The notes under the pieces: model-generated
Told to the model about the DNA's origin: nothing
The model's input: the letters and a program-made list of their open reading frames with translations, nothing else
The model's database searches: none
DNA from: an uncultured Eubacteriales bacterium
GTDB taxonomy: Bacteria; Bacillota; Clostridia; Oscillospirales; CAG-272
DNA length: 64,000 bases
NCBI GenBank assembly: GCA_934503195.1
Contig: CAKSVM010000004.1
Span: forward strand, 3,865 to 67,864
Direction of reading: 5' to 3'
Position numbers and translations under genes: made by a program
Shown here: positions 26,828 to 36,102 of the stretch, in pieces
Layout of the letters: every line of letters begins with the position of its first letter
How positions within the stretch are numbered: position 1 is the stretch's first letter

Positions 26828-28288
26828 TTATTCCGCCTTATCTCTTATGGCTTCGACAAGAGACGTGAGTTTTTCCTTTGACGCGACTTCTATCGAAGCT
26901 ATCTGGGATGCCCATGAGCCTCCGTTCTGTATTGTGTTTTTGAATACATCGTTTATTCCATCAAGCGAAGCCGTGTAGATATATCCGAAATCAAATGAGG
27001 CTCCCTCTCTGATAATATCGAACATCTGCGATGAATCGTTGTCGCGTGCGTACTTGACCTTAAGTGCCGTTTCAAAGTACGCCGGCGTGACTGATTTCCA
27101 GCTCTCATATGCCAGCGCCTCGCAAATTGCCGCGGCGCATTCTCTGTCCTTCGAGTCAACCGGAATTGTCACGACCGAATGATTATTCAGAACGGTAGTC
27201 TTATAGTTTTCCTGTGATTCATCATATTTCGGATACGGGAGCACGCCGTAGTTGAATCTGATCTCGCGGTAAGTATCGGTGTTCGCAATCCATCCACCTG
27301 TAAACAGCACATTTCCGCTGAGAAAAATACTGTTGATTACGTCTTCGTGGTTTCCGGTCGGATCAAAGTACACTCCATCGTTGTTGCCGATCAGATCAAT
27401 GAGCTTTTCCACAACATCGATATTGTGAGAATTTCCATAGACAAACTCAGGCTCTTTGCCGGAAAAATCGACTATATCGACTTCGAACGACTCTAAGAAT
27501 CCGGTGAAATGATTCGGATTGTGGAAAAGGAGTCCGAACATGTCGCCGCGTCCGACCGATGTGTCGCCATCAAGGTCATTGTAGACATCGGCAGTCAGTT
27601 CTCTCATCTTATCATAAGTCCATTTTCCGTCGCGCACAACATCATATAGCGACTCAATGCCGAGCTTTTCAGCAAGTTCGAGATTCTCGAAAAAGCACAT
27701 GAGATATTTGATCATACCGAGCGAAATATCTCCGGTCGCGGCGTAATATTTGCCGTCAACCGACGCCTTTTCCATATAATCCTTCGACCACCATGGCTTA
27801 TCGATATTTATGTACGGGAGAGTCGACATATCCGCGAGTATTCCCTCACTGACAAAAGACGGCATGAAGTAGCCGATACCTGCCGCGATGTCATAAGCTC
27901 CGTCAGCGGCAAGAATCGAGGAACGGAATCTGGTCAGAAATTCACTTCGGGTATCCCATGTATGAGTGATTGAGACCCAATCAAGGTTGACATTCAACTG
28001 ATCCTCGACCGCACGGTTACGGTTGAAAACGGCGTCATTAACGATGTCGCCGTCTTCTTCATCGACATAGAAGTCAACTCCGCAGTATCCGCCGTAATCC
28101 TCGACAAGTATAGTTACAGTTTTACCGCCATAGTTCAGCTCCGGAAGTCCAGAGCCCTGAGTCGTCTCTTCCCCCTGAGTCGTATCCTCCGGCGCGGTCG
28201 TTTCATCGGTCTTCCCCGGCTCAGAGCCGCAGGAGAACGCGCCGAGCGTCAGCGCGAGAAGCAAAAGAATAGTTGTTACTTTTTTCAT
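26828..28288 (-). CDS. ABC-type extracellular solute-binding lipoprotein
   Basis: 486 aa. Lipobox 'GAFSCGS'. 'DGKWTYDKMREL', 'LPYPKYDESQ' and 'TPAYFETALKVKYARDNDSSQMFDII'. Confidence 0.85.
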   Translation of the reverse strand: MKKVTTILLLLALTLGAFSCGSEPGKTDETTAPEDTTQGEETTQGSGLPELNYGGKTVTILVEDYGGYCGVDFYVDEEDGDIVNDAVFNRNRAVEDQLNVNLDWVSITHTWDTRSEFLTRFRSSILAADGAYDIAAGIGYFMPSFVSEGILADMSTLPYINIDKPWWSKDYMEKASVDGKYYAATGDISLGMIKYLMCFFENLELAEKLGIESLYDVVRDGKWTYDKMRELTADVYNDLDGDTSVGRGDMFGLLFHNPNHFTGFLESFEVDIVDFSGKEPEFVYGNSHNIDVVEKLIDLIGNNDGVYFDPTGNHEDVINSIFLSGNVLFTGGWIANTDTYREIRFNYGVLPYPKYDESQENYKTTVLNNHSVVTIPVDSKDRECAAAICEALAYESWKSVTPAYFETALKVKYARDNDSSQMFDIIREGASFDFGYIYTASLDGINDVFKNTIQNGGSWASQIASIEVASKEKLTSLVEAIRDKAE

Positions 28289-28300
28289 TTTTTATTCTCC

Positions 28301-29032
28301 TTATTTTATGTCGTAAGCCCCGTCGCAGACGACCGAGTGACCGATAATCTGTACGGCGTCCTCGCTCAAAAGATACATCGCGAGCTTGGCGACCTCCTCG
28401 GCGAGAACGAATCTTCCGGTCGGAATCCGGTCATGATTCAGCGGATCGCCCTCGTGCCAGCCGTTCATCTCGGTCGCGACCGGCCCTGGCGCGATGCCGT
28501 TCAGAACGATTCCGGTCGGCGCGAGAACCTTTCCCCAGCCGCGCGTGAGTCCGAAAAGTCCGGCCTTTGACGCACCGTAGGGTCCTTGAAGCGGTTCGTT
28601 CGCCGCGACCGACGAGACATTCAGAATGTTGCCGCGGATCTTGTTTTCAAGCATATACTTCGCCGCGGTCTGCATCATGAAAAAGGCCGCTTTGAGATTT
28701 ATGTCCATGACGCGATCCCAGTCTTTTTCGGTGACGTTCAGTATCCCCATGCCCCAGCCAACCGGGTCAAACACTCCGGCGTTGTTGACCAGAATGTCGA
28801 ACCCGCCGAGCTTTCCGACGCATTCGTCGAACTTTGTCCTCATCTGACCGATGTCCGAAATGTCCCATACTACCGGGATCGCGCCGGATTCAGCCGCCGC
28901 CTTTTCAAGCGAATCGGCGTTCCGTCCGGTTATGACGACGCTGACTCCGGCCTTCACAAGCTCCCTTGCGATTTCAAGTCCGATCCCGCGGCTTCCGCCG
29001 GTGACGATCGCTTTGCTTCCTCTGATTTTCAT
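28301..29032 (-). CDS. SDR family oxidoreductase
   Basis: 243 aa. 'VTGGSRGIGLEIA' (TGxxxGxG), 'NNAG', and the catalytic 'YGASKAG' (YxxxK). Confidence 0.9.
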   Translation of the reverse strand: MKIRGSKAIVTGGSRGIGLEIARELVKAGVSVVITGRNADSLEKAAAESGAIPVVWDISDIGQMRTKFDECVGKLGGFDILVNNAGVFDPVGWGMGILNVTEKDWDRVMDINLKAAFFMMQTAAKYMLENKIRGNILNVSSVAANEPLQGPYGASKAGLFGLTRGWGKVLAPTGIVLNGIAPGPVATEMNGWHEGDPLNHDRIPTGRFVLAEEVAKLAMYLLSEDAVQIIGHSVVCDGAYDIK

Positions 29033-29212
29033 ATATCCGCCTCCTGAGATTTTACTATATTATAGCGTAAAATGAGGCTTTTGTAAATGTCAGGCCGGAC
29101 AACTATTTGTCAGATCCGATCAAAATTGTAAATAAATATTGAATTCGTTCAGATTCGCCGCGAAAGGCCTTGAAATCGCCCCGCTTGTATGCTATCATAT
29201 TCGTGAGAGGAA

Positions 29213-30001
29213 GTGGTACCTTTGATCGAAAATAATATCATCGTGCGGGATATACGCGATGTCCGGCGCGACACGCTTCACCGCGGCAGGCCATATATCC
29301 CGTCGATCCCGAGAAATTTCAGCTCGCTCGCGTATATGACGGACGGAGCGGCGAAATACACCGTCGGAAACGTTTCGCATATCATAAGGAAAGGCGAGCT
29401 TCTCTTCATCCGCGGCGGGACAATTGACATTACCGAGACCTTTGAGTGCGAATCGGTCTCGTACATTTTCTCAGAATTTCTGGTGTTCAATGATGATTTC
29501 ACCTTTCCGACGCGCGTTTCCGTGTCGTCTCCGGCCGGCGCGCGGATAGAGGAGCTTTTTTCGATGATGCTGAAAAGCTGGAAATCTGAGCTGATCAGCC
29601 GGAAGACGAAATGTATGGTCAGACTTTATTCGGTTCTGTCGCTTCTGTCAGATGAGATCTTCGAAAAAAGCCGTGACAGCTACCGCTATCAGAAAATCGC
29701 CGCGGCCGTGGAATATATAAACGAACACTGCCTTGAACCGGGATTTGACCGGAAACGCCTGCCGACGCTCTCAGGCATGAGCGAAGTAAATCTGAATCGG
29801 CTCTTCAAGGATTTCTTCGGCGTCACCGCAAACGCGTATATAAACGAAAAGCGCATGAACGAAGCGAAATCGCTCCTGATGAACTCAACGAACACGATCG
29901 GCAGAATCGCCGCGAAGTGTGGATTTTCAGATATTTACTCGTTCAGCCACTCGTTCCACCGCGAGACCGGGCTTTCGCCGACCGAATGGAGAAATGGATG
30001 A
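29213..30001 (+). CDS. AraC family transcriptional regulator
   Basis: 262 aa. C-terminal 'IAAKCGFSDIYSFSHSFHRETGLSPTEWR'. The start is uncertain (GTG at 29213 or TTG at 29222). Divergent from the SDR-SBP-GRE operon. Confidence 0.8.
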   Translation: MVPLIENNIIVRDIRDVRRDTLHRGRPYIPSIPRNFSSLAYMTDGAAKYTVGNVSHIIRKGELLFIRGGTIDITETFECESVSYIFSEFLVFNDDFTFPTRVSVSSPAGARIEELFSMMLKSWKSELISRKTKCMVRLYSVLSLLSDEIFEKSRDSYRYQKIAAAVEYINEHCLEPGFDRKRLPTLSGMSEVNLNRLFKDFFGVTANAYINEKRMNEAKSLLMNSTNTIGRIAAKCGFSDIYSFSHSFHRETGLSPTEWRNG

Positions 30002-30121
30002 TCACGGAAAGGTACTCCGAACTCAGAAATAACGGCGGTTCATCGCAGGATCTTCATCTCCACTCGCTAATTATAGTTTCTCCGGACACTTCGAAGCGTA
30101 TTTCTATGCTTTCAAAAACAA

Positions 30122-30165
30122 AAAAGTGTGATCTCAGACGCTTTCGCGATTGAGATCACACTTTT
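30122..30165. repeat. Palindromic hairpin, copy B (orphaned terminator of the decayed ABC gene)
   Basis: AAAAGTGTGATCTCA-GACGCTTTCGCGAT-TGAGATCACACTTTT, a perfect 15-bp stem. Confidence 0.65.
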
Positions 30166-30189
30166 CGATAACGTAAAGACTTTACATCC

Positions 30190-30312
30190 TCAGTACCCCG
30201 AGGACTGCTGACGATATCTTTCGGCATACGCGTCAAGTCCGGAGGTCGGTTCGTCAAGGAGCTTTACCTTTCCGCGCTGCAAAAACGCTCTCGCGAGCGA
30301 CACCTTCTGATT
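30190..30312 (-). pseudogene. 3' remnant of an ABC exporter paralog with an in-frame internal deletion
   Basis: It translates to 'NQKVSLARAFLQRGKVKLLDEPTSGLDAYAE|RYRQQSSGY*'. By eye it is roughly 90% identical in DNA to 32416-32451 plus 32621-32715 of the intact gene. 174 nt are missing between two TCGGC microhomologies. Homology stops at 30312. Confidence 0.75.
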
Positions 30313-30489
30313 ATAATGGCATGGCAATACCATGAGTTAAGTTTTTATAATTACTTTGTCGCATACTGTCCTTGGCGAAAGCACAGGAGTTTTTTACCGC
30401 TTTAACCAGTGTAACAACAGTCAAAGCGGTAAAAATCATAATATTCTAATTATTAAAATCCCCATCGACGCCCATCTCCAAAGCAATGA

Positions 30490-32151
30490 TCACGTCCCCG
30501 TTCCGTGAACACTCATATACGCGCCGACCGCGCGGCTCGTATCCGCGTCGTATGTCAGCCATCCGTCCTTTACCGCCAGCTCTGTCAGATATCCGAGCGT
30601 ACAGCTCCCGCGGCAGATCTCTCTCGTCAGCGCGTCGGTCAGATATTTGTTTGATCGGATATTCCGCGGAAGATCGTCATAAAGTATGGCATTGACTTTG
30701 TCGTTTATTGTCGCAAGTGACTTCAGTATACCGTCAATGAGCTTTCCCCGCGCGATGGCGTGTTCCATAAATCTCTCGCTGAAATTCTTCTTATCGCAGA
30801 AATCAAGGAATCTTTTCGTCTCATCAGCGTCGAAAACCACGATATGCGGTATATATCTTCCGCTCTGTACTCGGATATAATCGAATTCTTCGAGTTCCGA
30901 CGTGATATCGCTTTTCCCGCTGAAAATTCCGCTCACAACCCGCGAAAGCACCTCCGTCTCAGCTTCGGAAAGATTATCCGGCGTCTGATTCCATATTCCG
31001 TTATATCCGAAGCGGTAATGGCGGAACCCGTTTGTCTGGCAGTGATACCCGACTCCTTCGGGAGCCTTTTCAAACACTTCTGCGGCGACAACATCCCACC
31101 TCCCCTGATCCTTGCGCTCGGTCCGCCCCAATACCGATTTCGGAGATCTGTCGCACAGGTCGTAGAGTTCCTTATAAAATTCCATCAGAAGAACCCATTT
31201 TGCCTCGTCGTATGTCACCCATCTGCCGTAAAACGCAGCTCCGGCTTCCGCGTATTGTTCCATGAGACGATCAGTGTTTTCTTCGAGCATCGACACAGTA
31301 CGCGGAAGAATTTCAGCGTAAAAGGAGTTCAGCTTTTCCTGAGCTTCACGGCTGATGATCGGAAAATTTGTCTCATATCCGCCGCCGTTTTCTGTAAGCA
31401 GAGCTTCGCGGGTGAGATGTTCCAGAGTGTCTTCCATATAAGGAAGCGCGACGCCAAGCTCAATCGCCAGTTCCCGCGCGGTGACCTGATTTTTGTAACA
31501 AACCAGAAAGATATTCTGATTTAGTTTCGGATCCATAAGCGTCCACGGCTGTCCCATATTCCCCGGCCTGTCGCAGACATTCGTGTAGATGATCTTTTCG
31601 GGATTATAACTCCGCGAGCCGAATTCTCTCGCCATATCCATGCCTTCTTTCAAAATATTTCTCGCGCGGCAAAGTCTCTCCTTTACCGCTCCCGCCGAAA
31701 GCGAGAGCGACGCGGCGATCTCGCTCACGCTCTTGTTTTCGATATAATAAGCGACAATTATATTCCGATATTCGTTCCCGATGAACGCGAGTTCTCGTCT
31801 GAGCAGTGAAAGCTGTTCTTTGCGGATTATCGCGTCAAGCGCGCTTTCACTTTCGTCGGCGGGTTCAGACTCATCGGCTTCGACGCAGATTTCAGCTTCA
31901 CGCGTCTTATGTTTGATCTTCGCCCATCGCGCATAGCGATTTCGCGCGATCCGCCATACCCAAGCCGGAAAATTCACGGGAACAGTTCCGCGGTCAAGTG
32001 ACAGAAGAATGCTGAACGCGATATCCTGTGTCAGATCCTCCGCGTCGGCAACGCTTCCCGTCTTTTTGAGGCAGAAATAGAAGATCTTTTCCATGTAATT
32101 TTCCGCGAAGTCCGCGATCAGCTTTTCGGAGTTTTTAACTATATCAGCCAT
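30490..32151 (-). CDS. ECF-type sigma-70 family factor with a C-terminal extension of about 370 aa (contains a wHTH-like segment)
   Basis: 553 aa. Region 2 'DAEDLTQDIAFSILL...FPAWVWRIARNRYARW'. Region 4 'SVSEIAASLSLSAGAVKERLCRARNILKEG'. Then a long unassigned domain including 'VTARELAIELGVALPYMEDTLEHLTREALL'. Confidence 0.8.
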   Translation of the reverse strand: MADIVKNSEKLIADFAENYMEKIFYFCLKKTGSVADAEDLTQDIAFSILLSLDRGTVPVNFPAWVWRIARNRYARWAKIKHKTREAEICVEADESEPADESESALDAIIRKEQLSLLRRELAFIGNEYRNIIVAYYIENKSVSEIAASLSLSAGAVKERLCRARNILKEGMDMAREFGSRSYNPEKIIYTNVCDRPGNMGQPWTLMDPKLNQNIFLVCYKNQVTARELAIELGVALPYMEDTLEHLTREALLTENGGGYETNFPIISREAQEKLNSFYAEILPRTVSMLEENTDRLMEQYAEAGAAFYGRWVTYDEAKWVLLMEFYKELYDLCDRSPKSVLGRTERKDQGRWDVVAAEVFEKAPEGVGYHCQTNGFRHYRFGYNGIWNQTPDNLSEAETEVLSRVVSGIFSGKSDITSELEEFDYIRVQSGRYIPHIVVFDADETKRFLDFCDKKNFSERFMEHAIARGKLIDGILKSLATINDKVNAILYDDLPRNIRSNKYLTDALTREICRGSCTLGYLTELAVKDGWLTYDADTSRAVGAYMSVHGTGT

Positions 32152-32346
32152 TCTCTCGCCTTTCCAAAAGGATTTTTACCTTTCATTTATATAGTGTGCG
32201 ATATCGCGCTGAGGTAACGGAAATTTTTTTGATCAAATAAGCCGCACCCGAAAATCCGCATCGGCAGGCGATCGTGCCAATATTGCGGCCACCCGATGAA
32301 TCCTGACTTTCCGGATGTTACGTTGGTACGTCTGATTTACCCACGC

Positions 32347-32388
32347 AAAAAAGTGTGATCTCAGACGCTTTTGCGAATGAGATCACAC
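32347..32388. terminator. Palindromic hairpin, copy C (terminator of the ABC exporter pair)
   Basis: AAAAAAGTGTGATCTCA-GACGCTTTTGCGAA-TGAGATCACAC. On the minus strand the stem is followed by TTTTTTG. Confidence 0.65.
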
Positions 32389-32415
32389 GTGTCGATAACA
32401 TAAGGACTTTCAGCC

Positions 32416-34176
32416 TCAATACCCCGAGGACTGCTGACGGTATCTTTCGGCGTACCGACCGTTTCGCGCCATCAGCTCAGCGTGAGTTCCCTGTTCGGCG
32501 ATCCTGCCGCTTTCCATCATGAATATTCTGTCGCACATCACGGCGTAGGCTATTCTGTGCGAGATTATCACCTCTGACCAGCGGTTCTCAGGAGCGAGAA
32601 AGTTCCTCAGAACGTCGATCTCGGCATACGCGTCGAGCCCGGAGGTCGGCTCATCAAGCAGTTTCACTTTTCCGCGCTGTAAAAACGCTCTCGCGAGCGA
32701 CACCTTCTGATTCTCCCCGCCGGACAGCGATGTGCCGTCGTCGCTCACCGCTCTGCCGAGATTCCTGTTCAGATCACCGTCTAAGTGCCTTCGTATGCTC
32801 TCCGCGCCGAATCTGTCAAGCGTGTTCCAAAGCTCTTCATCTGAATGATTTTCCGTATCGCCGAGCCGTATTGACTCGGAGAGCGGCAGTTCATATGTCT
32901 TATAGTCCTGAAACACAACCGAAAAAACCCGGTATAATGATTTTTGCGAAAACTTCGCCGCGTCCTGACCGTTTACAAGAATCCGTCCATCAGTCGGCTC
33001 GTACAGTCCGCAGATCAGCTTGATAAGCGTAGTTTTTCCCGCCCCGTTCTCACCGATCAGGGCGATTTTTTCACCGGGGTTTATACAGAAGCTGAGATTG
33101 CTGACTGCGTCTTTATCACTTCCATTGTATCTGTATGAGACACTTTCAAATTCAATCATCGGAGGATTATTAAGCCATTCCGCGGGAATCTCCGCTCCGT
33201 CTCTCTCGTCGTTTTTCATTTTCAGAAAATCGAGCCAGTCGCTTATACGTATGCTCGCGATTTCACGGCTGAAATGCGTATTTATCGCGTCGTTCAGCGC
33301 CGAGTTGCATATCGCGATTATGCTCAGATAAAAGGTGAAGTCCGCGACCGTGATGCGGTCGCTGTTCAGGATGAAATAAATCACCGGAATGACAAAAATC
33401 AGCAGCTCGCGTATCGGTTCGAGAATTATCTGAGCTTTGCTCGTCTTCATCGAGTAGCTCATTTCCTCAAGATTCCACGCTTCGTTTTTCGCGTCGAATT
33501 CGCCGATAGTGTGCGGGAGCATACCGTGAACCTTTGTCTCCTTGGTGTATTCGCCTTTCGTCGAAATATCCTTGTAGTAATTCATCCGGCGTATCAGACC
33601 GGTTCGTTTTTTGTCAAAGTCCTCGTATGAGACAGTCCGGAATCCGTAAAAGAGTCCGGTGAGAGACGCCGCGACCGCAAGTAGCGGCAATATCACAGAT
33701 AACCCGCATAATATAACAGCCGATGACACAAATCGGAATATCGCGCTTATAAGTACGAATAGTGCCACGGAAATATCTCCGATTTCCCCGGTACTCAGAC
33801 GTTCCGCGATCGCGAGCTTTTCATAGAGCTCCGGATCATCAAAGGCGTTGAGTTTAAGCTGACTGCATTTTCTGTAGAGCTTTTCGCGGAGCCTGAACGA
33901 CAGCTCAGATGCGTTCTTTTTTCTTATGAGCGAAAAGAGGGAAGACATGAGCTTCTGAGCCAGCATGACAATGGCTACGGCTGATATGCAGACAACGAGC
34001 TGTTTTTCTGTCCCGTGGTCGCTTATCTGCCCAACCAGCTCTCTCTGCGCCGCGCTCAGCAGAAGCGGAAGCAGCATTTCGACTATCGGTATAATAAGAC
34101 CGCTCCACAAAAACACTCTTGATGTGCCGCCGATGATTTTTATCAGTGATATGATATCAGACATCTTTTTCTTCAT
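32416..34176 (-). CDS. ABC exporter, fused permease/ATP-binding protein (MdlB/MsbA-like half transporter)
   Basis: 586 aa. N-terminal multi-TM region. Walker A 'GENGAGKTTLIK', signature 'LSGGENQKVSLARA', Walker B 'LLDEPTSGLD'. Confidence 0.9.
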   Translation of the reverse strand: MKKKMSDIISLIKIIGGTSRVFLWSGLIIPIVEMLLPLLLSAAQRELVGQISDHGTEKQLVVCISAVAIVMLAQKLMSSLFSLIRKKNASELSFRLREKLYRKCSQLKLNAFDDPELYEKLAIAERLSTGEIGDISVALFVLISAIFRFVSSAVILCGLSVILPLLAVAASLTGLFYGFRTVSYEDFDKKRTGLIRRMNYYKDISTKGEYTKETKVHGMLPHTIGEFDAKNEAWNLEEMSYSMKTSKAQIILEPIRELLIFVIPVIYFILNSDRITVADFTFYLSIIAICNSALNDAINTHFSREIASIRISDWLDFLKMKNDERDGAEIPAEWLNNPPMIEFESVSYRYNGSDKDAVSNLSFCINPGEKIALIGENGAGKTTLIKLICGLYEPTDGRILVNGQDAAKFSQKSLYRVFSVVFQDYKTYELPLSESIRLGDTENHSDEELWNTLDRFGAESIRRHLDGDLNRNLGRAVSDDGTSLSGGENQKVSLARAFLQRGKVKLLDEPTSGLDAYAEIDVLRNFLAPENRWSEVIISHRIAYAVMCDRIFMMESGRIAEQGTHAELMARNGRYAERYRQQSSGY

Positions 34177-35954
34177 CAGCGGTCAACCCCTTTCTGATAT
34201 AACGACGCTTGTAGCTTGTACATTTTCGCGTATTCGCCGTCACGCTGTATCAGCTCATCGTGAGTTCCCTGTTCGACTATCCTGCCGCGGTCAAGATATA
34301 TGACCTTATCGGCGAGCTTTCCGACGCTGAGCCGGTGGGAAATAATTATAACGCTTTTACTGCCATGAAGCAGATTATCGGTTATGAATTTATTCTCCGC
34401 CACAGAATCGAGTGCTGAAGCGGGCTCGTCAAATACCCTGCAAAGTCTGTTTCCGAATTCGCACCTCGCGATAGCTATTCTCTGCCATTGTCCGCCGGAC
34501 AATTCCATGCCGTCGGGGTCATATTCGCGTCCGAGCATTGTGTCAAGCCCATTTCTGAGCCTTTCGGTGTCAAGTCCGGAATTCTTGTAGACTTCGAATA
34601 ACGCCGCGTCGTCAGAGGCGGCGTCCGGTCGCTGAGCCGAAAGATTTTCGCGGACAGAGAGCTTGAATTTATTGAAGTCCTGATAGACAACTCCGAACAG
34701 TTTATACAGCTCTGATTTGGAATATTGTGAATACGGCTTGTCATTAATGTAAATCTCTCCGCTGTCCGGTGTGTATAACCCGCAGAGCAGTTTTATGAGA
34801 GTCGATTTGCCGCTTCCGTTCCGACCGATAAGTGCTATGCTCTCGCCGTCATTAAGTTCAAACGAGATATCCTTAAGCACAGTCTCGTTTTCATACGAGA
34901 ATGAGACATGATCAAACCTGATATCGCATTTTTCGGGAAGCGGCAAATCCTCGCCATTCCGCTCGCCGTGAGAGGTTGACTCGGTGAACGACTCAAAGCG
35001 GCTGTAATTTTCACTGAGAGCCAGCAGATCTTTTACCGCGTCGGATATTTCGCCCAACGCCGCGCAGAGCATCGAAAAGTTTGCCGTATAGAGATAAAAA
35101 TCTCCGATAGTTATCTGCCCGATCCACGCGGCGCGCGCGATGAAGAATGATGCTGCTACCACCGCGGCTACCTCGATAAATCCCTGAAGCATGACAAGTC
35201 TCTGCTTCTTGCGTTCAAAATCCATTGATGATTTATAACGGCAGGTGCAGGCCTTTTGCCAGCGGTCAATGAACTTTTCATACGCCGAAAAGAGCTTCAG
35301 CTCCTTTGCCGAGGAGGAATCTGTGCAAAGTGAGTCGTAGTATCCCACGGTATGATCTTCTTTTGAGAGCTTTTTACGTGATTCAACATCAAGTTCTGAC
35401 AGACGTATTCCGATAATCACAATAAAAACCGCCGAAACCGCGGCGATCAGAACGATTCCGAAGCTGTAAGCCGAAATTATCGCGGCGGAGCCGACAATCG
35501 TTATAAGCGAGGACAGAATGATTATCATCTGCCAGTTCAGGCTCCAGAGTGAAAGCTCGGTTTTCAGCGCGTCCTTTATCTGAGAAAAACGGCTTGATGA
35601 GTCAAAGCTTATCTGTTCGAGCTCCGAGACGCGCTTTACGGTATAGAGCGACATTTTCCGGTCGGACTCTCTGGCGAAACGATCGAAAACGATATACTTT
35701 GTCTTTGTGAGGAGACTGTAGGCTCCACGGACGACAATGACGAGCAAAAGCCACAAGAAACAGTTTCTGACATTCGCGGCGGCGGTCATAGCGGAAAAGC
35801 TGTCAATAAGCCCGGAATACACTCTGGAACCGATTATTTCGAGTACCGACGGAAGGATCAGAAAAATCATCCAGACAAGCAGCTTTGCCCCGCCAGTGAA
35901 GTTTATTTTATATGATAACGCTATATATCTGAGCGTATTTTTGATTCGATCCAT
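34176..35954 (-). CDS. ABC exporter, fused permease/ATP-binding protein (partner half transporter)
   Basis: ORF 34176..36050. Walker A 'GRNGSGKSTLIK', signature 'LSGGQWQRIAIARC', Walker B 'VFDEPASALD'. I moved the start to the ATG at 35954 (MDRIKNT), which is preceded by GGGAGAA. Its stop overlaps the next start by 1 nt. Confidence 0.85.
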   Translation of the reverse strand: MDRIKNTLRYIALSYKINFTGGAKLLVWMIFLILPSVLEIIGSRVYSGLIDSFSAMTAAANVRNCFLWLLLVIVVRGAYSLLTKTKYIVFDRFARESDRKMSLYTVKRVSELEQISFDSSSRFSQIKDALKTELSLWSLNWQMIIILSSLITIVGSAAIISAYSFGIVLIAAVSAVFIVIIGIRLSELDVESRKKLSKEDHTVGYYDSLCTDSSSAKELKLFSAYEKFIDRWQKACTCRYKSSMDFERKKQRLVMLQGFIEVAAVVAASFFIARAAWIGQITIGDFYLYTANFSMLCAALGEISDAVKDLLALSENYSRFESFTESTSHGERNGEDLPLPEKCDIRFDHVSFSYENETVLKDISFELNDGESIALIGRNGSGKSTLIKLLCGLYTPDSGEIYINDKPYSQYSKSELYKLFGVVYQDFNKFKLSVRENLSAQRPDAASDDAALFEVYKNSGLDTERLRNGLDTMLGREYDPDGMELSGGQWQRIAIARCEFGNRLCRVFDEPASALDSVAENKFITDNLLHGSKSVIIISHRLSVGKLADKVIYLDRGRIVEQGTHDELIQRDGEYAKMYKLQASLYQKGVDR

Positions 35955-36102
35955 TGTTGAAGCTTCTCCCGGATGCAAGTATTGAAAAAGGAAACTGACC
36001 GTGCGTATGTTTTCAAAGTATATTATACTACTATCGGCGGTGGTTGTCAAGAGTTTTTTAATTTATGAGATTTTTATCGCCGCGACGATTGGCATGATAT
36101 CT

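Noticed and set aside
30391-30435. 13-bp perfect inverted repeat TTTTTACCGCTTT/AAAGCGGTAAAAA downstream of the sigma-factor gene, as a terminator.
   Set aside because: The G/C core of the stem is only about 5 bp. The stem is followed by A-runs rather than T-runs on both strands, so it is not a canonical intrinsic terminator. I left it uncalled.
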